Positions 57,301 through 64,000 of a stretch of 64,000 nucleotides of DNA are shown here, one piece after another. The position numbers and the translations under genes are program-made. The DNA comes from Mobula hypostoma (taxonomy: Eukaryota). Each line of letters begins with the position of its first letter. The first letter of the stretch is position 1. Under the pieces are notes generated by a model. That model was not told the origin of the DNA, did not search any database, and was given only the letters and a program-made list of their open reading frames with translations. The DNA is taken from NCBI RefSeq assembly GCF_963921235.1, contig NC_086097.1, forward strand, positions 166,782,001 through 166,846,000, in the 5' to 3' direction.

Positions 57301-60300
57301 TAAGAATAAGGGGTAGGCCATTTAGAATGGAGTTGAGGAAAAACTTTTTCACCCAGAGAGTGGTGGATATATGGAATGCTGTGCCCCAGAAGGCTGTGGA
57401 GGCCAAGTCTCTGGATGCTTTCAAGAAAGAGATGGATAGAGCTCTTAAAGATAGCGGAATCAAAGGTATAGGGATAAGGCAGGAACTGGATACTGATCGT
57501 GGATGATCAGCCATGATCACAGTAAATGGCGGTGCTGGCTCGAAGGGCTGAATGGCCTACTCCTGCACCTATTGTCTATTGTCTATTATTGTGTTATTTA
57601 CTTATTTGGGTTCTCTTTATTAAGCTTTAGGATTTACGTAAAGATCTGATCATATTTTAGCTCATACTTATGCAGAAACAGAAAAAATTCTACAGGATTC
57701 ACAAACTCTTTAGCACCACTGTACAGTTACAAAAAGCATACATAGTTATGATAGCACATTTAGTTACAAAAAAATAGTAAGGGGCCTAGCCTGAAAATTG
57801 ATGGTGTATGGGAGGTTGTCCTGGAGCCATGTTTCTGCCAGAGCAGGTACACAGCAGTTTCTTATCTCAAGCTGGTTCACAAGATGATGGCAAATCAGTA
57901 TATCTTGCACTGGGTCAGCAGCAAGAAAACCAGCTTGTCTTCTAAGGAGCGAATACTGGAGAGCAGTACTGATGGGATGGGCCAGCCCCAACCCAGCATG
58001 AATTCCATCATGCCTGCCATGCCTCTTACTCTCTCACACCACCTCTGGCACCTTTTCCTCTGTGTAGCTGTAACAGGCGATGTTAGGGCTTGGTCTGTAC
58101 GACAACCAAGGTCATGCAGCTTCCCTGCCATGTGTCTCACCAATGTATCAATGAAATGGGCTGTCAGTATTTTATATTACTCATGTCCAAAAGGGTCTTG
58201 CAATCACAAGAAAAACACTTAAGACATATATTTGCACCATTTGTTGGACCCAGAGAGGCTTCTGCAACTAAGCACGCTACTATCTTAATGGAAATGCCCA
58301 CGTCAATGTTTTCATTCTTAACTGCTTCCGTTCCTCATTCGCCTTCTCCCCACCTTTTTATTCTGGCATCTTCCCCCTTCCTTTCCAGTCCTGATGAAAT
58401 GTCTCAGCCCGAAACGCTAACTGTTTATTCATTTCAATGGAAGTTGCCTGACCTGCTGAGTTCCTCCAGCATTTTGTGTGTGTTGCTCTGGTTTTCCAGA
58501 TTTTGCAGAATCTCTTGAGTTTATAATCTGCTGCCCCACTGCAAAGTCCCTTTGAAGTATGCTTACCCTTAAGAAGTTTAAATCTTCTCTTCTGCAGAAG
58601 TTCAGTGAGACCCTCTCTCACTGCTGCCCTCTGTGATCTCTGCTGCCCTCTGACTCTTCGTGTACTCACCCTGGTACCTCTCCTTCTTCCCTTTCTCCTA
58701 TGACCCACTCTCCTCTCCTATCACATTCCTTTTCCTCCAGCCCTCTACCTTTCGCACACATCTCGCTTCACCCATCACCTTCTAGCTTGTATTTACTTTC
58801 TCCCATCTTTTTATTCTAGTGTTTTCCCCCTTGCTTTCCAGTCTGGATTGAAGGATCTCAGCCTGAAACAACGGCTGTTTGTTCATTTTCATAGATGTCG
58901 CTTAAGCTGCTGAGTTCTTCCCGCATTTTCTATGTGTTGCTTCCATTTACCATTTACCTTGTTTACAGATTATCCCCATGCTTACTCCAGTTTCATCCTA
59001 TCAAATATATCCTCCCTCTCCCACCTTCCCTGCAGCTTCTTTCATCTCCTTCTCAGTTCTGATTTAAAATATTGACCCTCTTTCTTGATCTGGAGGAACT
59101 CAGCAGGTCAGGCAGCATCTATAGAAGGGAATAAACAGTCAATGTTTCAGGCCAAGACCATTCACCAGGACTGGTTAGGAAGGGGGAAGAAGCCAAAATA
59201 TGAAGGTTGGGTGGGGGGGGGGGGAGGAAGAAGTACAAGCTAGAAGATGATAGGTAAAGCTAGTGAGTGGGAAGGTAGGTGGGTGGGTGAGGGGTGATGA
59301 AGTGAGAATCTGGGAGGTGATGGGTGGAAGTGGTAAAGCAGGAGGTGGAAGAAGATGGAATCTGACAGGAGAGGATAGTGAACCATGGGAGAAAGGGAAG
59401 GAGGAGGGCACAAATGGGCAAGTGAAGAGAAGGAGTAAGTGGGAAGCCAGAAAAGGGATGGATGAAAAGAGGAGAGGAGAGAGAAATTACTGGAAGTTAG
59501 AATGTTTTAAAAGATGTCATCTAGAGATAACTATTGCCAAGGTTCTGGGCAAAAACTACTGGTCTTATTCATAATGGTATCTTAATATTTTGGTAAGTGT
59601 AACGACCTCATTGAATGTTCAGTCCGAAGAAGGACAGTTCAGATCTCCGAATGTATCTTGTCGTGGAGAGGTGAGAATGCTGTCACTGCACTTTGCATTT
59701 TAATTCAAAATACAGTAAAATCTAAAAAATGAAAAATGCCAGAGAAACTCAGCTGGCCAGGCAGCGTCAGTGGGGGGAGAGAGACAAAAAAACAGATTTA
59801 ATGTTTGTCTCCTTTAAATTTGAACAAATATGGTGACCTTTTATCCAATATTTTCATTTAATTTGATTTATTACTTTCAATTTTTTTTCGAGGTTTTAGA
59901 TTTGATCAGAAAGTTTTTCTCTCCTCTTTTTTTTGGTTGTATCCTCAAAATGGACTGCCCAATCCCTTTTATTATTTGTTTTATTTGTTCTGTTTTTCTA
60001 TATAGTGTAGTGGGTTTTTCCCTCTCTATTTAAAACCAATTTTTTTTCCTTTCTCCTTTTCCCCGGTAAGAGGAAAATTGTTCTTTTCTTTTTTTTATTA
60101 TATATTTTATACTAGTTTAACAATATCTATGATTTTGACAGTGTCTATTTTAATTTTGGTTACTGATATATATTTGAACTAACTCTCCTCTTGATTGTAT
60201 CTACGTTTTTTAAAAAATCAATAAAAAGATTGATAAAGAAAAGATCTAATGTTTGTCTTTCCATAGGTGCAGCCTGATCTAAAGTATCGATACTTATTTC

Positions 60301-60832
60301 ATATTGCCAGCAGCCTTTTTTTCTCCCTCTGCTTAAGTAAATTTGCAATTATAACAAGTTTGATGTCAACATGCAATTAACAGCTACTGTGTGCTAGTCA
60401 TTGGTAAAAGAAAAGTAATGTATTAGTAACTTCTGGCACAACTTAAATCACATTCCCCTACTGAGCAATTGGTTTGCATTACAAACGTTCCAGGTATCTT
60501 TTATTTTGCTCAGATAGCCCTGCTGTACATAGGAAATCATTCTCAATGTTAAATGTGCAAGATTTATGGAAGGAATTTATAAATGATAATTCGGAAATTA
60601 TTCTTGGGGTAAAGAATGCCAATATACCCTTGTGAGAACATAGCACTTTTTTCTACAGAAGATTATTGTATGGAAATAATGTGACCAGATACAAAAAAAA
60701 CTTGAGGAGTAAATAGCCTAGCAGTTGCAGGTGATTTAAAAATCTAGTCTTACAACCCTGGCAACCATAGATTTCTAAATCAGGTTTACTAACATCAGAG
60801 AAGTTGGAGTCATCATGGGTAATCGTAAGGAG
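183..60832 (-). CDS. PIEZO2: PIEZO2 mechanosensitive ion channel, partial multi-exon gene (16 exons, about exons 10-25; continues beyond both window ends)
   Basis: All 16 exons have AG/GT boundaries and compatible phases, giving 2230 nt without a stop. Peptides such as [57 protein letters not shown] and [20 protein letters not shown] are characteristic of PIEZO2. Confidence 0.95.
2058..2385 (-). mobile_element. CR1 LINE 3' end, degenerate
   Basis: Reverse complement of the CR1 ORF2 C-terminus and 3'UTR seen in other copies in this window. Confidence 0.7.
2785..2985 (-). CDS. PIEZO2: PIEZO2 exon (~24), 201 nt: [21 protein letters not shown]...[13 protein letters not shown]
   Basis: ttccag acceptor, GAG|gtat donor, phase 0/0. 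Confidence 0.95.
4604..5638 (+). mobile_element. CR1 LINE, 5'-truncated (RT C-terminal half and 3'UTR)
   Basis: ORFs with [27 protein letters not shown] and [12 protein letters not shown]; one frameshift; tail gttatatggttatatg. Confidence 0.92.
5732..6083 (+). mobile_element. CR1 LINE 3' fragment
   Basis: [14 protein letters not shown] peptide; tail ttctatgttctatg. Confidence 0.85.
6465..7731 (+). mobile_element. Rex1/Babar-type LINE, degenerate RT and 3' end
   Basis: [30 protein letters not shown] and [11 protein letters not shown] peptides; tail ctgattctgattct. Confidence 0.85.
8174..9960 (-). mobile_element. Penelope-like element remnant (RT, GIY-YIG endonuclease region, terminal repeat)
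   Basis: [10 protein letters not shown]...PHQEGL and [11 protein letters not shown] (Penelope RT); CYTCP...[10 protein letters not shown]...YCI (GIY-YIG linker); terminal repeat at about 8174-8260. Confidence 0.8.
9996..10124 (-). CDS. PIEZO2: PIEZO2 exon (~23), 129 nt: [43 protein letters not shown]
   Basis: tcccag acceptor, AAG|gtatg donor, phase 0/0. Confidence 0.93.
11010..12270 (+). mobile_element. CR1 LINE, old and degenerate
   Basis: Broken RT peptides ([16 protein letters not shown]) and a CR1-type 3' tail. Confidence 0.75.
12909..13421 (+). mobile_element. Tc1/mariner deletion derivative
   Basis: Begins TA|cactcagccactttattagatacacc (Tc1-type terminal repeat). The interior resembles a decayed transposase DNA-binding region (ARLVPAD...[11 protein letters not shown]...KRMGYS); a second ccactttattaggtac-type motif lies near 13365-13385. 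Confidence 0.7.
13748..13924 (-). CDS. PIEZO2: PIEZO2 exon (~22), 177 nt: [18 protein letters not shown]...[21 protein letters not shown]
   Basis: ctacag acceptor, gtaagt donor, phase 0/0. Confidence 0.95.
14153..14552 (+). mobile_element. CR1 LINE 3' fragment
   Basis: [10 protein letters not shown]...[10 protein letters not shown] peptide. Confidence 0.75.
15034..15197 (-). CDS. PIEZO2: PIEZO2 exon (~21), 164 nt: [54 protein letters not shown]
   Basis: Translated by hand (not in the ORF track); ttttag acceptor, GAG|gtgagt donor, phase 1/0. Confidence 0.95.
17412..17545 (-). CDS. PIEZO2: PIEZO2 exon (~20), 134 nt: [44 protein letters not shown]
   Basis: cacag acceptor, G|gtgatt donor, phase 2/1; GSLPD motif and acidic tract as in PIEZO2. 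Confidence 0.9.
17876..17908 (-). CDS. PIEZO2: PIEZO2 33-nt cassette exon (exon 19 equivalent): [10 protein letters not shown]
   Basis: ctgtacag|AATCAAGCTATACATGTCAAATCGTCAGAATGC|gtaagt; phase 2/2; same position, length and IK......QN pattern as mammalian IKKKLPIHQN. Confidence 0.8.
18435..18902 (+). mobile_element. Rex1/Babar-type 3' fragment
   Basis: aagaaagcagcatccatcattgaagacccccacca motif shared with other Rex1 copies; tail actttga. Confidence 0.65.
19220..19915 (+). mobile_element. Rex1/Babar-type 3' fragment, degenerate
   Basis: Similar to 38300-39390 (cacctgtttacatcgatggtgctgaggtc, aagaaattgcagaga, cagcttctatcc). Confidence 0.65.
21160..21700 (-). mobile_element. CR1 LINE 3' fragment
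   Basis: [34 protein letters not shown] peptide. Confidence 0.8.
24360..24538 (-). mobile_element. tRNA-derived V-SINE/HE1-like SINE remnant (similar copies near 20140-20330, 44300-44430, 48240-48425)
   Basis: Minus strand has a tRNA-like head followed by gtgcagtttgcatattctccct (V-domain-like). Confidence 0.6.
24545..24780. repeat. Inverted pair of Penelope-type terminal repeats
   Basis: caaaatgctggaggaact...ggagggaaataaac pairs with gtttattcccctcc...agttcctccaacattttg. Confidence 0.75.
25441..25482 (-). CDS. PIEZO2: PIEZO2 42-nt cassette exon (exon 18 equivalent): [13 protein letters not shown]
   Basis: ttttccag acceptor, AG|gtgggt donor, phase 2/2; nearly identical to mammalian [14 protein letters not shown]. 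Confidence 0.93.
26585..27100 (+). mobile_element. Rex1/Babar-type 3' fragment
   Basis: [20 protein letters not shown] peptide; tail ctgattctga. Confidence 0.75.
28185..28358 (-). CDS. PIEZO2: PIEZO2 exon (~17), 174 nt: [57 protein letters not shown]
   Basis: Translated by hand; ttaaag acceptor, AG|gtaag donor, phase 2/2. Confidence 0.95.
29967..32762 (+). mobile_element. CR1 LINE with nearly complete but inactivated ORF2 (APE endonuclease and RT)
   Basis: [54 protein letters not shown]; in-frame stops ending at 30221 and 31421 plus frameshifts; tail (ttctatgg)n. Confidence 0.95.
33413..35410 (-). mobile_element. CR1 3' fragment split by an L1 insertion (pieces about 33413-33583 and 35016-35410)
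   Basis: The CR1 3' sequence resumes exactly after the duplicated cctaagtgtttctt. Confidence 0.75.
33584..35015 (-). mobile_element. L1/Tx1-clade LINE, 5'-truncated (ORF2 C-terminus and 3'UTR), 14-bp target-site duplication
   Basis: Open 332-aa ORF with zinc knuckle CDRC-x8-HMFWSC; AATAAA and A-rich tail; CCTAAGTGTTTCTT at 33570-33583 and 35016-35029. Confidence 0.9.
35497..35645 (-). CDS. PIEZO2: PIEZO2 exon (~16), 149 nt: [49 protein letters not shown]
   Basis: Translated by hand; cccag acceptor, gtgagt donor, phase 0/2. Confidence 0.95.
36715..37060 (+). mobile_element. Rex1/Babar-type fragment
   Basis: [14 protein letters not shown] peptide. Confidence 0.65.
38303..39390 (+). mobile_element. 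Rex1/Babar-type LINE, 5'-truncated
   Basis: [19 protein letters not shown] and [19 protein letters not shown] peptides; tail ctgattctgatt; same family as 6465-7731. Confidence 0.88.
39485..39666 (-). CDS. PIEZO2: PIEZO2 exon (~15), 182 nt: [60 protein letters not shown]
   Basis: tgcag acceptor, CAG|gtatgt donor, phase 1/0. Confidence 0.95.
40013..40124 (-). CDS. PIEZO2: PIEZO2 exon (~14), 112 nt: [37 protein letters not shown]
   Basis: aatag acceptor, G|gtaaaa donor, phase 0/1. Confidence 0.92.
40840..41362. mobile_element. Penelope-derived insertion with 99-bp inverted terminal repeats and target-site duplication
   Basis: Arms 40879-40977 and 41265-41363 are near-perfect reverse complements; TCCCTTAATAAT at 40825-40836 and 41363-41374; spacer encodes PCRVFTIP, recalled from Penelope ORF N-termini. 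Confidence 0.85.
41268..41303 (+). ncRNA. Minimal type I hammerhead ribozyme motif (Penelope-associated)
   Basis: AGUC-CUGACGA-AGGGUCUCGGACU-GAAA-CGUC-GACU: stem I AGUC/GACU, intact core boxes, GUC triplet, palindromic ACGU in place of stem III; stem II weakened. Confidence 0.7.
43245..43487 (-). CDS. PIEZO2: PIEZO2 exon (~13), 243 nt: [19 protein letters not shown]...[11 protein letters not shown]
   Basis: tctag acceptor, AAG|gtttgt donor, phase 0/0. Confidence 0.95.
44655..45020 (+). mobile_element. CR1 LINE 3' fragment, degenerate
   Basis: ctggtgaggccacatcgggagtaccatgcacagttctggtc (LVRPHxEY.QFW). Confidence 0.6.
46975..47093 (-). CDS. PIEZO2: PIEZO2 exon (~12), 119 nt: [39 protein letters not shown]
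   Basis: Translated by hand; tgctag acceptor, ATG|gtgagt donor, phase 1/0. Confidence 0.94.
47535..48233. mobile_element. Probable solo LTR (~700 bp) inserted in a SINE
   Basis: Starts TGTAAAGGGG, ends GGGGCTACG (CA expected); TACA flanks both sides (47531-47534, 48234-48237); CpG-rich; no credible coding content. Confidence 0.65.
49539..49665 (-). CDS. PIEZO2: PIEZO2 exon (~11), 127 nt: [42 protein letters not shown]
   Basis: ttccag acceptor, G|gtaagt donor, phase 0/1; TVNGNP, ENGP and YSTPQY motifs as in PIEZO2. Confidence 0.93.
50165..50737 (+). mobile_element. Young CR1 3' fragment, same subfamily as 4604-5638
   Basis: Open 167-aa ORF2 C-terminus nearly identical to 5075-5630; possible duplication ggaaa(g/a)agct at 50155-50164 and 50738-50747. 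Confidence 0.92.
50830..51362 (+). mobile_element. CR1 3' fragment, old
   Basis: [15 protein letters not shown] peptide. Confidence 0.7.
52090..54787 (+). mobile_element. CR1 LINE, 5'-truncated and internally deleted, with a nested insertion
   Basis: Collinear ORF2 fragments ([42 protein letters not shown]). Confidence 0.9.
52912..53529 (+). mobile_element. Unclassified non-coding retroposon-like insertion inside CR1
   Basis: Splits the CR1 RT at [17 protein letters not shown] duplicated at 52907-52911 and 53530-53534; 3' end tgacaataaaa...cataatct. Confidence 0.7.
54982..55165. mobile_element. Head-to-head Penelope-type terminal-repeat pair inserted in the left Tc1 inverted repeat
   Basis: ggaactcagc...atctatggaaaaaa pairs with ttttttccatagat...gctgagttcc; ACTTGTTCATTT at 54970-54981 and 55166-55177. 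Confidence 0.8.
56490..57587 (+). mobile_element. Young CR1 3' fragment inserted in the right Tc1 inverted repeat
   Basis: RT C-terminal ORFs nearly identical to the reverse complement of 40470-42128; tail ctattgtctattgtctatt. Confidence 0.93.
57780..58140 (-). mobile_element. Rex1-type LINE 5'/endonuclease remnant
   Basis: [17 protein letters not shown] and [11 protein letters not shown] resemble an APE domain start. Confidence 0.55.
58345..59500. repeat. Cluster of Penelope-type terminal-repeat and 3' remnants in both orientations
   Basis: Repeated gctgagttcctccagcattttg / ggaggaactcagcagg motifs; 59090-59500 resembles 8174-8520. Confidence 0.7.
59811..60241 (+). mobile_element. L1/Tx1 extreme 3' fragment with 17-bp target-site duplication
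   Basis: Starts [16 protein letters not shown], matching the end of ORF 33937-34935; AATAAA tail; agat(t/c)taatgtttgtct at 59794-59810 and 60242-60258. Confidence 0.85.
60794..60832 (-). CDS. PIEZO2: PIEZO2 39-nt cassette exon (exon 10 equivalent): [13 protein letters not shown]
   Basis: ctctgtctcttccag|CTCCTTACG...TCTGAT|gttagt; phase 0/0; aligns with mammalian LLSMTQDDYKPSD. Confidence 0.85.
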
Positions 60833-61519
60833 CTGGAAGAGACAGAGATGAAAATGTTACAATCAAGCAAGCAATGGTCCATGCATACATAGAATTTTCA
60901 GCAATTAGAGCTTATTTCAATAAATCTCAAATACATATAAAGGATGAGTGTGGTTACAAATCTTTAATACTTCCTCCATATACGAAAATCTGTTTACTGA
61001 CCATAGATTGGCCACAGTATATGGGCATACAATGAGATAATAGAAAATACTGCGATTGATTTTGAGATCAGTTGGTGTTACTCATTTTCATTTTTCCAGT
61101 CCAAATGTTTGATGTGTATCAGTGGTGAGTGGAACTCTGCATTAGGAAGACTTAAATGGAGAAGAAAACTTAATGGAGTAAACATTTTACAAATGATAGT
61201 ACAAATTGGACAGGTCAAACTCAGGTGCAGATGTCCTTAAACGTTTGAGGGATCTGGGTCAAATGCGGGCAAATGGGATGAGCCTATATGGTGATCTTCG
61301 TCAGACCACTTAGGCCAAAAGGCCTGTTTCCATGCTGTTCTGTGTGACTCTATAACTCTAATGTTCTATAAATCCCTACTTCTACCTCTGTACAGTCCAA
61401 CAGGAATGCAGATGGTGTGCTGAAGGTCAGATACCAGCACATCTGACCTCCTGCTCTACTACTAAATCCAATGGTGGTTCTGAATCATTCAGACCTGAAG
61501 GGCTGGCTGTCCTTCTCAA

Positions 61520-61745
61520 TCACAACCAATGGGTCCAAACAGAGCCAATCTCAGTGAATATCTGAGTCAAACAAGGCAGCATCATTACTCTAACCCTCCT
61601 CTCAGTCCTTCCTGCTATATTGTTGTGGAGTAGACAATGGTCTATTTCTGCTCTTACGTCTTATAGCCACAAAAGTGAGCTGATTTTCAGAACTAACAGG
61701 AAAGTATTCAGCCAATGACTGCAACCTAGGTCACTCGACCCTCTG
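61520..61745 (+). mobile_element. Possible RTE-clade LINE RT remnant
   Basis: VKQGSIITLTL and ELIFRTNRKVF resemble RTE GVKQGCVIAPTLF and FRTDGKLFN. Confidence 0.4.
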
Positions 61746-62789
61746 CAGAATAGTTATTAATGTTGGTCATCAGAAACTAGACACAGAGATGAACAAGTAA
61801 TTTTCTGATTAATAAACAAAAATAGAGTTAACAAATATTACTATTCAGAAAGTTCTTATTCACATCAGCAAACGTATGCATGTATTGTATAGTTCAGACA
61901 CTGATGTGCCTTTGTTAGTAACATTACAGGAGGAAAATCAATAACCTTTTATTCAATGTGAGTTTTACTTTCTTTGCTACTGAATTCTGGACAATGATTG
62001 TAAATATACACCCATCAGTATTGTGGCTACTGTGTTTACTATTAAATTTAGAGTGTGTAACTAAAGCAATGTTCACATGGACTGTGACCATGTGGCAAGC
62101 TGCCTTGTATAACTCCACTTTTCTGTATCATATTCTTTCTTCAATCTATTCACTTCCATGATCTCTGAGTGACACTGGTAAAATGATGAATTATAGTCAG
62201 TCCAAGTATCAACTACATAACACAGTAAACAAGATATTTTTTCTATTCAGCTCATATGACTGCAGACAATGCTAAATGAGCTTAAAGGGGCTGCTTCTTG
62301 ATAGTGAATCTGACTTTAATGGCACCATTTACCATAACTGTGTGTCTGAATCCCAACGCATTGGCAGATTATAATGTCCTAATCCCAGGGCTCAGTTATG
62401 ACACAGATTGAGCCTCAAAAATTGAAAGATGTTTCAAAAACGTATTTTAGTATTTCTGACACAATACCTTCTTCTAATTAGGTGTTTGGTACTGAAGATG
62501 AGGGGGAGGATCATAAGGGAGAGGTGTAGGGTCTGGAAGGACAGAGAGAGGAGGGTGAGGTGATGCAATAATGCCAAGAGGAGATGTTTGTTTTGCTTGT
62601 TGCAGCAAAACAAGGGGCCATAAATAAAAGATAGTCACGAGTAAGCCCAACAGGAAAGTTCAGGGGAAACTCATTCAGAGTCAAATGAAACTAAAGATGC
62701 TGGAAATATTCAGTAAGTCAGGCCACATCTGAAGAGGGAGAGAGTTAATGCTTCAAACAGATAACTTTCCATCATAACAGATACAATGT

Positions 62790-63262
62790 TCAACAGTACA
62801 GCACAGAACAGATCCTTCAGCCAATACTCTGCACTGAGCACAATGCCATTTTAAACTAAATCTCTTCTGTTTGCTCATGATCTATATCCATCCATTCCCT
62901 GCATATTCACTTGCCTATCTAAAAACCTCTCAACATCACTATTGCACCGACCTCTACAATACCCCCCACCCAACACCAGCAGCCCATTTCAAGCACCCTC
63001 AGTGCCCCACACTTCATCTTTAAACATTCCCACTCTTATCTTAATGCAGATCCTCTAGAATTTGACAATTCAACCCTGGAAAAAGAGATTCTGCCTGTCT
63101 ACTCCATCATTGCCTCTCATAAGTTTGTAAACTTCTATCAGGTTTCCCATCAGCCTCCAACACTGCAGAGTTTGTCCAACCACCTTATAGCTCAAACCCT
63201 CTAATGCAGGCGGTGCCCTAGCAAGCCACTTTTGTCCCCATTTCCAAAGCCTACGCATCCTG
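62790..63262 (-). mobile_element. CR1 3' fragment, degenerate
   Basis: RLMGNLIEVYKLMRG peptide. Confidence 0.7.
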
Positions 63263-64000
63263 CTCAGGCTGATGTCTTCCCAGCACTCTGAACAGTTCTG
63301 ATGAAAAGTATCAACCTGAAATGTTAGTGCACTCTCCTTTGATGCTGTTAGATCTGCTGAGTGTTTCCAGTATTTCCTGCTTTAATTCAGATGCCCAGTA
63401 ACTGCCATTTTATTTTTTTTATTTGTAGAAAAACAGGAATGTGGAACTTGCTACCACAAGGAAAAGATAGAAAGAACTGATCCACTAAGAGTAAATCAAA
63501 AGAAAATCTAGATAGGTTCAAAAAGAGGATTGAGAATTGACGGACATCTGATAAGGGGAGTCACAGCTGAGCGAAAGGAAACTCCCTTGAAAGTTAAATA
63601 GCAACAGAGACCTGCTGAAAGGGCGTTATCTCTGTATATTTCATTTTATGTCACCTATGCACCTATTCTTAAAAGTTCTAAAAAAATTGTTTAAAAATAA
63701 AAATTCACTGTTACTTCTGAAGTGATTTTCTGCCTTAATCTTAGCCAGGCTGGATGCAAAGAGATTTCAGATACAGAATTTTCTATTCAATTATATAAAA
63801 TAACACACCCTCAATGTCTCATCTCTTCTCTCTTTATATATGACCACTCTGGAACGTATATTCTGAAGGGCTCATTGATGTACTGTAAACCTGGAAAGCG
63901 CTTGCAAATACATTTAAGTATTACCTTAATCCATGTAAAAGCAAATATAAGAGCACGTTGTCTCAAACAATAAGCAATCCAGCTTTTAGAACAACTCTCA

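Larger units (their letters stand above)
54828..57721 (+). mobile_element. Tc1/mariner DNA transposon (IR/DR type), full extent, inactive
   Basis: TA|CAGTGG...CCACTG|TA ends; long inverted repeats with inner gtgaacc motifs (about 55227 and 56408); broken transposase at about 55390-56360 with WTDE, QQGNDSK and [11 protein letters not shown]. Confidence 0.9.

Noticed and set aside
59590..59700. Possible PIEZO2 exon 9 or small RNA
   Set aside because: No PIEZO-like peptide, it lies on the wrong side of exon 10, and I recognise no RNA family; exon 9 is probably beyond 64000
61640..61700. Minus-strand gtaaga donor as an extra exon
   Set aside because: Within a probable RTE remnant, with no PIEZO-like translation
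1..64000. Overall antisense bias of LINE insertions
   Set aside because: Many CR1 copies occur on both strands; the count is too small and mixed to claim a bias
1..64000. CRISPR arrays, operons, rRNA or true tRNA genes
   Set aside because: No regularly spaced repeat-spacer array; tRNA-like boxes belong to degenerate SINE heads; the sequence is vertebrate intron/exon DNA

Overview
Eukaryotic (vertebrate) genomic DNA. The repeat landscape (dense CR1, Rex1/Babar, Penelope-type terminal repeats, V-SINE/HE1-like SINEs) suggests a cartilaginous fish; this is an inference. The whole window lies inside one minus-strand gene, the mechanosensitive channel PIEZO2. I assembled 16 consecutive GT-AG exons (2230 nt, one continuous open frame) matching mammalian exons 10-25 of the blade region; the start and stop lie outside the window. 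Three are short frame-preserving cassettes (39, 42 and 33 nt) matching the alternatively spliced mammalian exons 10, 18 and 19; the 39-nt and 33-nt ones are absent from the ORF track. The introns are mostly transposable elements, several nested with readable target-site duplications: CR1, Rex1/Babar, L1/Tx1, Penelope, Tc1/mariner, a solo LTR and SINEs. The most notable non-coding signals are minimal hammerhead-ribozyme motifs in Penelope-derived inverted-repeat insertions, and an inverted pair of near-identical CR1 copies bracketing a frame-symmetric 489-nt exon block. Family assignments and comparisons with mammalian proteins are from memory, not searches; most repeat boundaries are approximate.
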